Part shown: piece after piece, positions 9,698-19,484 of the stretch
Layout: each line of letters begins with the position of its first letter
Position numbering within the stretch: position 1 is the first letter of the stretch
NCBI RefSeq assembly: GCF_004010195.1
Contig: NC_057719.1
Coordinates: 4,995,590 to 5,015,589 of the forward strand
Length of the DNA: 20,000 nt
Direction of reading: 5' to 3'
DNA from: Chiloscyllium plagiosum
Lineage: Eukaryota
Made by a program: the position numbers and the translations under genes
The notes under the pieces: generated by a model
Databases searched by the model: none
What the model was told of the DNA's origin: nothing
Seen by the model: the letters and a program-made list of their open reading frames with translations, nothing else

Positions 9698-10854
9698 GTT
9701 CTGGATGTAGGTTTGCTTGCTGAGCTTGAAGGTGCCTCCGGATGAAGCACTGGTAGTATGGCCCACTTTCTATTTGCGCTTAGGTTTCCTTGGGTTGGTA
9801 ACTTCATTTCCTGTTCTTTTTCTCGGGGCAAGTAAATGTGGGATCCAAGTCAATGTGTTTGTTGATAGAGTTCAGGTTGGAATGCCATGCTTCTAGGAAT
9901 TCTCGTGCATGTCTTTGTTTAGCTTGTCCTAGGATGGGTGTGTTGTCCCAGTAGAAGGGGTGTCCTTCCTCATTCGTATGTGAGGATACTAGTCAGTGTT
10001 TCTTTTTGTGGCTAGTTGATGTTCATCCTGGTGGCTAGTTTTCTGCCTGTTTGTCCAATGTAGTGTTTGTTACAGTTGCAAGGTATTTTGTAAACAACAT
10101 TAGTTTTGCTTGTTGTCTGTATAGGGTCTTTCAAGTTCATTCGCTGCTGTTTGTGTGTTGGTGGGTTTGTGGGCTACCATGATACCAAGAGGACTGAGTA
10201 GTCTGGCAGTCATTTCCGAGATGTCTTTGATGTAGGGGAGAGTGGCTAGGGTTTCTGGATGTGTTTTGTCTGCTTGTTTGGGTTTGTTGCTGAGAAATCG
10301 GCTGTCTGTGTTCATTGGGTACCTGTTCTTTTTGAATGCACAGTATAAGTGATTTCCCTCTGCTGTTCATAGTTCTTCTGTGTTGCAGTGTGTGGTGGTT
10401 CATTGGATTAATGTTCTAATGCAGCTTTGTTTGTGGGTGTTGGGATGATTGCTCTTGTAGCTCAGATGAGGATGGACATACAGATGAGAAAGGACACCAC
10501 TTCAACTGGGATACCACATCCTTCCGAGGACAAGCCAAACAGAGAGACACGAGAATTCCTAGGAGCATGGCAATCCACCCAGAACTCTACTAACAAACAC
10601 ATTGACTTGGATCCCATTTACCACCTCTGAGAAAAAGAACAGAAAATAGCATCACCACAGGAAATGACATCACCAACCCAAGGAAAGCTAAACACATAAA
10701 TAAAAAGTGAGCCATGCCACCAGTGCTTCATCCGGAGGCTCCCTGATGATACCTGGTATGGTGCCGAAATATCTGAAAATGAATCTTCCAGCTCAGCGAG
10801 CAAACCTACATCCAGAGCCTCAACCTGAGTGACAAATCTTCTCAAAACCTGCTA
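9698..10854. mobile_element. Penelope-like retroelement remnant with inverted structure (minus arm 9698-10453, plus arm 10477-10854)
   Basis: The minus arm encodes a broken RT-thumb/linker and GIY-YIG endonuclease (SNHPNTHKQSCIRTL...TLPYIKDISEMTARLL...NVVYKIPC.CNKHYIGQTGRKL...REFLEAWHS...INKHIDLDP). The plus arm repeats the last part inverted (REFLGAWQS...NKHIDLDPIY) and adds the terminal repeat. Confidence 0.9.
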
Positions 10855-11200
10855 ATTTCCTGCCATCCCTAATTGCCCTTGAGAAGGTGATGGTGAGCTT
10901 CTTTCTTGAATGACTGCAGTGCTTGGCATGTAGGTGCCCTCAGGATAACGGAGGACATTACAGGATTTTGACCCAGCGGCACTGAAAGAATGGGCAATAT
11001 ATTTCCAAGACAGGAGGGTGAGTGGCTTGGAGGGGAACTTGAAGGTGGTAGTGTTCCCATGTATCTGCTGTCCTTGGACTGCTCAATAGTAGTGAGCGTG
11101 GGTTTGGATGATACTGTGCCTTGTAGATGGTACACACCACTGCCGATGAATGGCACCAAGTCCACAAACAATCAAGTGGGCTGTTTTGTCCTGGATGATG
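10855..11200 (-). mobile_element. Non-LTR retrotransposon 3' fragment (FKKEAHHHLLKGN family); its extreme 3' end probably lies at ~9370-9407
   Basis: ORF 10869-11171 ends LQSFKKEAHHHLLKGN; homologous to 1870-2135 and 13338-13552. Confidence 0.8.
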
Positions 11201-11510
11201 TCATGGAGTCATAGAGATGTCCATAATGGGAACAGGCCCTTCGGCCCAACGAGTCCACACCGACCTTCCGAAGAGTAACCCATTTCCCTCTGACTAATGC
11301 ACCTAACACTATGGGCAATTTAGCATGGCCAGTTGACCTAACCTGCACATCTTTGGACTGTGGGAGAAAACCTCAACACCAGGAGGAAACCCACACAGAC
11401 ACTGGGAGAATGTGCAAACTCCACACAGACAGTTGCCCGAGGCTGGAATCAAACCTGGGACCCTGGCGCTATGAGGCAGCAGTGCTGTCCACTGTGCCAT
11501 CATGATGCCC
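11201..11510 (-). mobile_element. Near full-length HE1-type V-SINE with (CTCTATGA)n tail
   Basis: Antisense head GGGCATCATGATGGCACAGTGGACAGCACTGCTGCCTCATAGCGCCAGGGTCCCAGGTTTGATTCC; V-domain; tail tcatggagtcatagag. Confidence 0.92.
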
Positions 11511-11512
11511 TT

Positions 11513-12010
11513 AATGTGATGATAGGGGACTCCTTAGTGAGCGTAACAGGTAGGCTTTTCTGTGGCAGTGAATGTAATTCCAGGATGGTATGTTGCCCTG
11601 TGTGGTGTCAGGGTTCATGATGTCACAGAGCGGCTACTGAGAGAGGGTGAACACCCAGGGGTAACAGTTCACATTGGTACCAGTGACTTGAGCAGGAAGG
11701 GGAATGTAGTCTTACAATTTAAGGAGCTCGGCAGGAAACTAGCAAGCAGGACGTCAAATGTAATAATCTCCAGATTACTCCCAGTGCCAAATTCAAGTAA
11801 GTATAGAAATAGGAGGGTAAGGCAGATGAACGGGTGGCTGGAAAGATAATGCAGGAGCTGGGGTTTAGATTTCTGGGTCACTGGGACTGGCTCTGGGGAT
11901 GTTGGAGGGGTTGCTTCTGAATAGAGCTGGGACTGAGCTCGTTGCAAGGTGTTTTGATAGTGCTGTTGAGAGAGCTTTAAACTAATTTAGCAAGGGTGTG
12001 GGAACCAAGG
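11513..12010 (+). mobile_element. CR1 LINE ORF1 SGNH/GDSL-esterase domain relic
   Basis: Frameshifted VMIGDSLV...RLFCG...SRMVCC / GVRVHDVTERLL...VTVHIGTSDL...FKELGRKLASRTSNVIISRLLPVP...RQMNGWLER*, containing the GDS and VHxGTxD motifs of CR1 ORF1 esterase. Confidence 0.85.
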
Positions 12011-13088
12011 GAGAATAGTAAAGGGTTGGCAAAATACTCAGCGATACATTTGGCAGCAGCAGAGTGGGTAGCAAGTTAAGGTAAAGTCAGAGTAAGGAAG
12101 GTCTAAATCAGGGTTGCTTTACCTGTGTGTGAATGCACAGAGGAAATAAGATTGGGGAGTTACAGGCTCCAGTTGCATTGTGGGAATATGGTGATGTGGC
12201 TGTTCTTCAGGTCAGTGATGGTGAGGCCAATGAATGTTGAGGGGCAATGGTTAGATGCCCTCCTGCTGGAAATGGTCACTGCCCAGCGTGTGTGTGTTAT
12301 TGTGAAGATGGCGTGATTTTATTCTGAGGGAACTTTTAGCTGAGTACTCACTTTGCTAAAAGTGTAGATGTCACTGTGCTATCTCCCATGATTGTAGAAA
12401 TGCTGTTTACCTGCAATGAGGGTATTTGCAGAGTTTTATAAGATTGACATTAACTCAAACAGAGATCTGAATGTTGAGAGACAGTTGGTAAAGGGAGGTG
12501 TCTGCAATTGAGAATGAAAAGTTCAACTTTTAGATTGTGACAATAGCGTACTATGTTCAGGTGCACAGCTCCAGCTTTTCTCATTTTCAAACTTATAAAG
12601 AGTCAACACGTAAGCAGGAGGCCATTCAGCCCAGTGAGTCCCACGTTTCTTGTTTCCCACCACCATAATCCTGCAAATCCCTACTGCAGCCAATCTTAAA
12701 TATTATTTTGCAGATCCTCATGTTAACATCCTGTTGGGGACCATTAACATTCAAAGGGGAAACCTGGTCTGATACTGGAATCTGAATGCATCATTTTGAT
12801 CATTTCTACCATCGCCCCAAGCCCCACAAAGTTGTCTTCATGTTCCCCTTAAGCCTGTAAATATTTTCTCTTGTGTTTTTTTAACTAATTCCCTTTGAAA
12901 AGTTATTCAGTCAGCTTGCGTCACTCATCAGGCAGTGCTTTCCAAAACATCGTAACTTCTTATCCTTCTCCCAATGATGTCTAGTCACTGACTGACTGAC
13001 CATTTCTGCTCGGTTTCCTTTATTGAATTTGCTGTCAGTTTCAATCTGTTTGTAACGAGTGTCTGCTCGTGTCTAATCTTGCTTGCAG

Positions 13089-13273
13089 CTAGCCGCAAGT
13101 CATTTGTGCTCGAGATGAATGAGTCTGCGTCGAGCCGGATCCTGAAGTTGGAGAAGGAGAATCAGAGTCTGCAACATGAGGTTCAGGAGCTGCAGCAAGC
13201 TTTACTGGCCGTGGGGGAGAGCAATGCCAGAATCGTGGAGCTGGAGAAAGAGAGCGAGCTCCTCACCGTCCAG
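13089..13273 (+). CDS. CCDC88C: CCDC88C coding exon (185 nt)
   Basis: Acceptor tcttgcttgcAG|CT, donor CAG|GTTTGA. Encodes (A)[61 protein letters not shown]. Confidence 0.93.
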
Positions 13274-13337
13274 GTTTGAAATGGGCACGTGGATGTTTTG
13301 GCTGCGGTCCATTCTAAGAGGCTTTTTCAAAAACTAA

Positions 13338-14060
13338 TTCATTCATGGGGTCGCTGGCTGGGCCAGCATTTATTACCCGTCCCTAGTTGCCCCATGAGAA
13401 GGTGGGGGTGAGCTGCCGCCTTGAACTGCTGCAGTCCATGTGCTGTAGGTAGACCCTTAATGCCGTAGAGAGAGAGATCCAGGATTTTGACCCAGCGGCA
13501 GTGAAGGAACGGTGAGTGGCTTGGAGGGGAGCTTGTAGGGAGGTGGTGTTCATGTGAATCTATGTAGAAACATAGAAGATAGGTGTAGACCACTTGACCC
13601 TCCAACCTGTCCCACTATTCAATATCATCATAGCTCATCAGCCAACTCTGTTCTCCCATACTGTCTGGTCCCTTTAGCCCCACTCACACCCAACTTCCTC
13701 TTGAAATCATACAATGTTTTGGCTTGATGACTTTCTGTGATAATGAATTCCACAGGTTGACCACTTTCTTCGTGAAGGTATTTCTCCCCGTCTCAGTCCA
13801 AAATGGCCTGCCCCATTTCCTTAGACCCGGTGACCCCCTGGTTCTGAGCTCCTTGCTCATTGGAAACATCCTTCCTCTACCCATCTGCTGCCCTCACCCT
13901 TCCAGGAGCTTAATGGCTGTGGGTTTTGAAAGGAACTGATGAAGGAGCGTTGGTGAGTTGATGCAGACGGTGTACACTGCTGTGACTGTGCGCCGGTGGT
14001 GAAGGGATGGAAGGGGTGGACGAGATGTCAGCCAAGTGGGCTGTTTAGTGCCCGGTGGGG
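13338..14060 (-). mobile_element. Non-LTR retrotransposon 3' fragment (FKAAAHPHLL family) interrupted by a CR1 3' end
   Basis: 13338-13552 reads GLPTAHGLQQFKAAAHPHLLMG antisense; the element resumes at ~13880 (cccatctgctgccctcacccttc...caagtgggctgtttagt), colinear with 10855-11200. Confidence 0.78.
13560..13880 (-). mobile_element. CR1 LINE 3' end
   Basis: ORF 13684-13884: RMFPMSKELRTRG...GRPFWTETGRNTFTKKVVNLWNSLSQKVI; tail tagaaacatagaag. Confidence 0.85.
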
Positions 14061-14419
14061 ATGAGCCTCTGTGAAACAGCACGCGATGACTTTTAGATCC
14101 ATGCTACTGGGCAGTTAGGGCCTCAGATTGACCTCTGAAAGGAAACAATGACAGCTCCAACACTGCAGCACCCTCTCAGCCCTGCATGGATTGAGGGCAC
14201 AAGGCACTCGAGTGAATCTGAAACCACCTGATTCCAAAGGGAGAGCGCTACCCAACCCTGGCACTGGGCATTTGCGGTGAGGTCAAAGGTCACATTCCAG
14301 TAGCGGATGTATTTGCCTCAGTACCATCTCCTTTGAGGGGCAGCGGGATGCAGAAGCTTTTGGCTTCAGAAATGTTAAAAAGCAGTTAGAAACAAAACTG
14401 CGCTGGACTTCAAAACCAC

Positions 14420-14610
14420 CCACTGCAGGTTCTCCTGCGGCACCACTCACTGTCCTGACTTGGAAATATCACTGTACCTTCACTGTCGCTCAGTTAAAAT
14501 CCTGGAATTCCCTCCCTAAGGGAATGGAGTCTGGCTTCCAGAAGGCAGCTCACCATCACCTTCTCAAGGGCAATTAGGGACCGGCAATAAATGCTGGCCC
14601 AGACATCCCA
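14420..14610 (+). mobile_element. Non-LTR retrotransposon 3' fragment (KAAHHHLLKGN family)
   Basis: aaatcctggaattccctccctaa...agaaggcagctcaccatcaccttctcaagggcaattaggga...caataaatgctggcc. Confidence 0.8.
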
Positions 14611-14619
14611 TGGAGAAAG

Positions 14620-15350
14620 CAGATACCCTCACCCCATTGTCCTACCCAATATTTATTCCTCACCAGAGGCACTAAAATCACTTGTTTTAGTAATTATCGT
14701 GTTGGTGTCAGTGGACTCTTGCTGTTCGCCACTTGTACGCTGCTTTTCGCAAGTTACAACTGCAAACATTGAGCTGCTGTTTCATTGGCTGTAGACTGCT
14801 TTAGGATGTCCCATTTAGTTAGAGACAAAAACTGTAGGTGATGGAATCCAAAGTAGACAAACAGTAGGCTGGAAGAACACAACAAGCCAGGCAGCATCAT
14901 GGGGTGGAGAAGTCTCTAAGTTTGTACCACCGCCAAGTCCTTTCAAAGGATGCCCACGTTGAAGAAGTTCTCTGCCTCCCTCAGCCATGGACTCGGAGTC
15001 CCTTTCACTTTGCCAAAGCGCCGTGACCTCACCATGCCTCCAAATGAACCCGCCCTTCCAGCTGCCAATCGGATTCATTCCTCCCATCAACCAACCAGGT
15101 TGTACCTACCACCTGTACTCACCGATCCCTACCTCACCACTCCGCCCTTCCCCTACCCATAGCCCACCCCCACCCCCTGGTATCTGCAGCTCCCCCCACA
15201 CCCACCCCCAGTCCTGAAGAAGGCTTATACCCAAAAAGTAACTTCTCCAGCTCCTGACGCGGCCTGGCTTGCTCTGTTCTTCCAGCCTCCTGCCCGTCTA
15301 CTCAGGATGTCCCATGGCTGTGAAAGACGGCTACAGCAATGCAGTTCTCT
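14620..15350 (+). mobile_element. DeuSINE (SacSINE1-like) 3' half, interrupted at 14815-15303
   Basis: ccaatatttattcctca...cactaaaa...tcttgctgt...ttcattggctgtagactgctttaggatgtcccat [insert] ggctgtgaaagacggctacagcaatgcagttct follows the remembered DeuSINE/L2-type tail. Confidence 0.65.
14815..15303. mobile_element. Penelope-derived element with inverted terminal arms and a 12-bp target-site duplication
   Basis: Arm agtagacaaacagtaggctggaagaacacaacaagccaggcagcatca...tggagaagt is inverted at acttctcca...tgacgcggcctggcttgctctgttcttccagcctcctgcccgtctact. AGGATGTCCCAT occurs at 14803-14814 and 15304-15315. Confidence 0.82.
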
Positions 15351-15394
15351 CTTCACCATTGAAGGCCGGTTTCTGACCGTCACTTTGTTTTCAG

Positions 15395-15532
15395 GTGCAG
15401 AAACTTCAATCTGAACTCGATCAGGAGAAGCAGAGTAACCAGGACATGGGAAACCTGAGTGAGGAGCTCCTCCAAGACAAAACCCAACTCAGGGAAAGCT
15501 TGGAGACCCTCCGAGCTGAGAAAGAGCGACAG
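15395..15532 (+). CDS. CCDC88C: CCDC88C coding exon (138 nt)
   Basis: Acceptor actttgttttcAG|GTG, donor CAG|GTAACA. Encodes VQKLQSELDQEKQSNQDMGNLSEELLQDKTQLRESLETLRAEKERQ. Confidence 0.93.
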
Positions 15533-15579
15533 GTAACACCAGGCACAACTTGAAGGAGTTCACTATGATTTTCCTCAGA

Positions 15580-15715
15580 CGAAAGAAGAGTCCTATCGAG
15601 CTCAAAATGTTAACTCTGTTTCTCTCTCCAATGATGCTGCCAGACCTGTTGGGTTTTACCAATGTTCTGATTTTGTTTCAGATTTCCAGCATCTGTAATG
15701 TTTTGTTTTTATTTC
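15580..15715 (+). mobile_element. Penelope-like terminal repeat single arm
   Basis: aaaatgttaactctgtttctctctccaatgatgctgccagacctg...tttcagatttccagcatctg, homologous to 3720-3810. Confidence 0.75.
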
Positions 15716-15814
15716 ACTTAAATGAGCTGCTGCAACAATCATTAACATCACCGTCCTACACACACCCAGCTGCACTGCTGTAAAATGTATTTAGCTCCTG
15801 CTTCATGCATTGCG

Positions 15815-16110
15815 GTAAACTCTGCCTTCAGACCCATCATACCCTCACTGACTTACATCCAGCTCCCTATCTGGCAACACCTTTTAAAGATGACCTTGCC
15901 TCTCCCTATCTCCATTATCCACTGCAGCCCTATAACCTGTTCAGGTGTCTGCACTCCTCAAATTCTGGCCTCTTGAAGCGGTCACTGATTTTAAACACTC
16001 CACCACTGCTGGCCCCATCTCCAGCTGCCTCAGTCAACGTTCTGAATTCCCTCCATACACTTCTCCTCCTCCTGCCTCCTTCTCCTTTCAGAAGCTCCTT
16101 AAGATGACTT
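15815..16110 (+). mobile_element. L2 LINE ORF2 C-terminal relic
   Basis: Broken frame PII..LTDLH...LASPYL..LQPYN..RCLHSSNSGLL...LNSL...F..LLK resembles the L2 3' coding end. Confidence 0.7.
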
Positions 16111-16431
16111 GTATGATTCAGTGTCAAGGTGGGTTGACCACACTCTCGTGAAATTCACATCTTAGGACAGTAATTGCTTGGTCCCAGGGCTTATCATGAT
16201 TGTGGATGTCATTACATTGAAATGGACACCGCGCTATCAGATACAAGAAAATGGGAATAACTAAAAGCAGGCCATTCGGCCCTTTGAGCCTCTTGGTGAC
16301 TTATGAATGTACCCTCTGTCTCGAGGACGTAAAGAGCTGCACAAGCTAAACGTGGACAGCCAGGAGCTAGTTTCCAGCAGTGTGCCACTGCTACCCAATT
16401 GGCAGGAAAGAATTTGAGCAATCTTAGGGGA

Positions 16432-16536
16432 GTGTGTGTCAGTCTGTTTCTCTGTGTGTGGGTATGTGGGTATGTCTGCCTGTCTGTGTGTGTGTCTGTG
16501 TGTGTGTCTGTGTGTGTGTCTGTGTGTGTGTGTGTG
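16432..16536 (+). repeat. (TG)n microsatellite with a higher-order 12-nt unit (TCTGTGTGTGTG)
   Basis: Directly visible; about four regular 12-mers at ~16483-16536. Confidence 0.9.
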
Positions 16537-17439
16537 AGGATTGACTTTTAAGGTTGAGAATCCCATCAATGATCCGCATTGACACAACACAGCCTGCACC
16601 TGAGTTGAAAGGGTGTCACCTGAGTGCCTGGTGACTGTAATGGATACAGATAATCTTCACCTTGCTGCACAATGAGGCCACGTGACTCTGTGGGACACGC
16701 CCTGACTCTGAGCCAGAAGGCCTGTGTTGAAGTCTCACTCCTGGCATGTTGACCATGGAAGGAGGGTTTATGATATGGTTTAGAAGGGTGATTATCCTCC
16801 CCCACTGTTGATCCTCCCCCAATGTCCCACACTGGGTACATTGTTGTGTTTCCAAAAAGGAACTTTTTTTAAAACTCTGATGCAACATGGAAACTGAAGG
16901 GGGACTGAATTGTTACGACCAGATTTTGCTGTAAATCAAAATTTTATTCTATAGGATCACAGAACCTGAATTGATTAATGCCTTACTGTCAACACAGCAA
17001 ACATCGAGTAAATGGCTGATGGGTGTTGGGTTTTTAAATCATCTGATTTTTCTGTACTAGACTTTTGACTAACAATAATCGACAACTGAAGAAATATTTC
17101 CCTGTTGTCCATTTTTAAACAAGTAACTATCTGTCCAATAACCGACATTTTCCAGCTGATAACTGTGTGTGTGTTGGTGCACTTTAATCTCCTTCTGTTC
17201 CACTCCGTTAGGAGGTCAAGTGTCTCCTGTCTGTCCTTCTCTTTCTCCTTGCCTTGGATTCAGAGGAGTTTTATGGAACAGTAGGAGGCCATTCAACTTG
17301 TTATGCCTGTACTGGCTCCTTGAAAGGCTGATAAAATTGGATCATGCACACTCTGCTATCTCACCATAACCCTGCCGACCAGCTACCTCCAACTACATGT
17401 CAGATCAGCTTTTGGCTGTTCCTACAAAATCTAAATCGA

Positions 17440-17690
17440 AGAAATCTAGCGGTACAGAAGAGACCATCCAGCCTATTATGCCTGCACTGAGCTTCTATTA
17501 CTTAGTGCCAACCTCCTGCCTTTTCCCTACAAACTAATTTTATCCAAACTCCTGTCCAGTGCCCTCCTTATATGCCTCAATTGAAGCTGCCTCCACCATA
17601 TTTCCAGGCAGTGCATCCCAGACCCTAACTACTCGCTGGGTGAAAATGGTTTTCTCACATCACCCTTTCTTCATTTGCATATTAATTTAA
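17440..17690 (-). mobile_element. CR1 LINE 3' end (degraded)
   Basis: acagaagagaccatccagcc...tcaattgaagctgcctccacca...caggcagtgcatcccagaccctaactactcgctgggtgaaaatggtttttctcacatc. Confidence 0.7.
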
Positions 17691-17871
17691 ACACATTTAT
17701 TGTGAATCCGCTAGCTTTGTATTTAATATTTGGGGAAAAGATGATGGGTTGGAAACATTCTGACATGTTTTGCTTCTGAGCTTGTGTTGAGCAACACGAA
17801 CACTCTGAGTTTTAGTTTTAATGTCGATATGCTGGCTGTTTCTGATACTTTCTCTTATCCCTCATAACCAG

Positions 17872-18933
17872 GTAAAAGGACTGGAGGAAGAGAATGAACA
17901 CTTAAAGCAGACGGTCTGTTCGCTCCGGGAACGTTCTCAGATCAGCGCAGATGCGAGAGTGAAAGACGTCGAGAAGGAGAACAAAATACTTCATGAGACG
18001 ATCACAGAAACGAGCAGCAGGCTGGCCAAAGTGGAGATTGAAAAGAAGCAAGCCCACAAGGAGCTGCTGCACTATAAAGAGAAGGAGCAAAAGGCTGAGG
18101 AGCTGGAGAAGGACGTTCACAAACTTGGGAAGGAGAATGAGCAACTTCAGAAGCAGGTGGTCTCTTTGAGGTTCACGTGTGAGAATGTGGAACAGGAGGT
18201 TTCAAACCTTGAGCTTGAGAACAGCAAACTCAAGAAGTCTCTCAATAGTTTGCAAAACTTGTCGATCAAGTTGGAGACAGTGGAAAAGGACAATAAGCAA
18301 TTGGATGAGGAGAACTTAGAACTAAGGAGGATGGTGGAGACGTTGAAGTTCACGAGAACAAAACTGATCAAAGTGGAAATGGAGAATCGAGAACTGGAAA
18401 AGGAGAAAGATGACCTGAGGAAAACTGTGGAAGTGTTGAGGGCCTTGACTCGGAAATCTGAGCGATTGGAAATGAGCTACCAAAGCCTGGATTCAGAGAA
18501 CCAGAGACTTCAGCAGGCGCTAGACAACAGCAATACGAAGATCCAGCAACTGGAGAGGGAGCTGCAGGACACTGAGAATGAGAATCATGTTCTGCAGAAG
18601 AACTTGGAGGAGCTGAAGATATGCAGCAAAAGACTGGAGAAATTGGAAAAGGACAATAAGGTGTTAGAGCACGAGGCTGCACAACTCGAAAAGGACAAGA
18701 AGACTTTAGACAAAGAGAACAAACGGCTGTGGCAGCAGGTGGAGCTGAAAGATGCAATCCTTGATGAGAATAGTCAGAAACTGTCGAGCATGGAGAAAGA
18801 AAAGAGAACACTAGAAAAGGAAGTGGGCAGGTACATGGAGACCACAACCAAGGTGAAGGAACTGGAAGTGGACAATAAGGAACTGTTCAAGCAAGCTACA
18901 ATTAATAAGAGGACACTTGCAACACTGAGGGAG
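17872..18933 (+). CDS. CCDC88C: CCDC88C large coiled-coil coding exon (1062 nt, 354 codons)
   Basis: Lies inside ORF 17821-18951. Acceptor cctcataaccAG|GTA, donor GAG|GTAGGT. Encodes VKGLEEENEHL...KRLWQQVELKDAILDE...KRTLATLRE; KRLWQQVELKDA is the Daple form (Girdin has KRLRQQAEIKD). Confidence 0.96.
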
Positions 18934-19204
18934 GTAGGTGGAGCGTCGTAGTTTCTCAGCTTGGTATGGTCCCTTTCACTTGGACTAAATACGAGCACAT
19001 TCTTGAAGTGCAATGGTCCAGTTCACTCACTCCATGTTGCTGAGGATTTGACAAACCTGTTGTAGCCTGGAGCTAACGGTAGTAATGGTAGAGGCTCCCA
19101 AATCTTTTCCGAGACAGGGACTGGGAATCTCTCCAGTCCTTACTTGTTGGATTTGCAGTTTGATAATCAACCTGGTTAGCTGTGTCAGGAGCACCACCTT
19201 CCCC

Positions 19205-19285
19205 TTGGACATTGAGTCCTGGAATGGGGCTTGAACCCAGAACCTCGAGCTCAGTGATTGGGATATTACCCACTGCACCACCACC
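19205..19285 (-). mobile_element. tRNA-derived SINE head
   Basis: Antisense GGTGGTGCAGTGGGTAATATC...GGTTCTGGGTTCAAGCCCCATTCCAGGAC with A-box-like and B-box-like motifs. Confidence 0.55.
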
Positions 19286-19484
19286 TCCTTTGGCTGATCC
19301 TCCTGTATCAAGCCTTGACTCTGCTTGTGTACTCGCCAGTGTACTGAGTCAGACAGTGTGTATATACTAAGTGTGATCCGGAACCACCCGGGCTGCCAGT
19401 TTCTGTCAGTAGGGGGCAGGGTATGAGATCACTGCCTCAGGAAAGGTACATGCTGGAATGGGATTCCCCGTGATCCTGTCATTG

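Noticed and set aside
1870..11200. Inverted LINE copies promoting exon circularisation
   Set aside because: The copies are diverged and one is ~3.5 kb from the nearest upstream exon; nothing in the sequence supports back-splicing.
11513..11849. Domesticated esterase gene
   Set aside because: Frameshifted, contains a stop, and lacks splice or start context; it is a CR1 ORF1 relic.
13091..13092. TAG acceptor 4 nt downstream of 13088
   Set aside because: Out of frame with the phase-1 donor at 7344.
16261..16599. ORF with HTHR repeats; possible repeat array
   Set aside because: Translation of a TG microsatellite; it has no spacers and is not CRISPR-like.
17902..18847. Antisense ORFs over the large exon
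   Set aside because: Shadow frames caused by the Glu/Lys/Leu codon bias of the coiled-coil exon.
1..18933. Assignment to CCDC88A (Girdin) or HOOK proteins
   Set aside because: Diagnostic peptides ([39 protein letters not shown]) match remembered Daple, not Girdin.
17821..18951. 376-aa ORF as a single-exon gene with a hydrophobic signal peptide
   Set aside because: The N-terminal MSICWLFLILSLI is the translated polypyrimidine tract upstream of the acceptor at 17871, and VGGAS* is intron after the donor at 18934.
19205..19285. tRNA gene (also the heads at 6730-6800 and 11440-11510)
   Set aside because: A-box and B-box-like motifs are present but there is no convincing cloverleaf; these are SINE heads.
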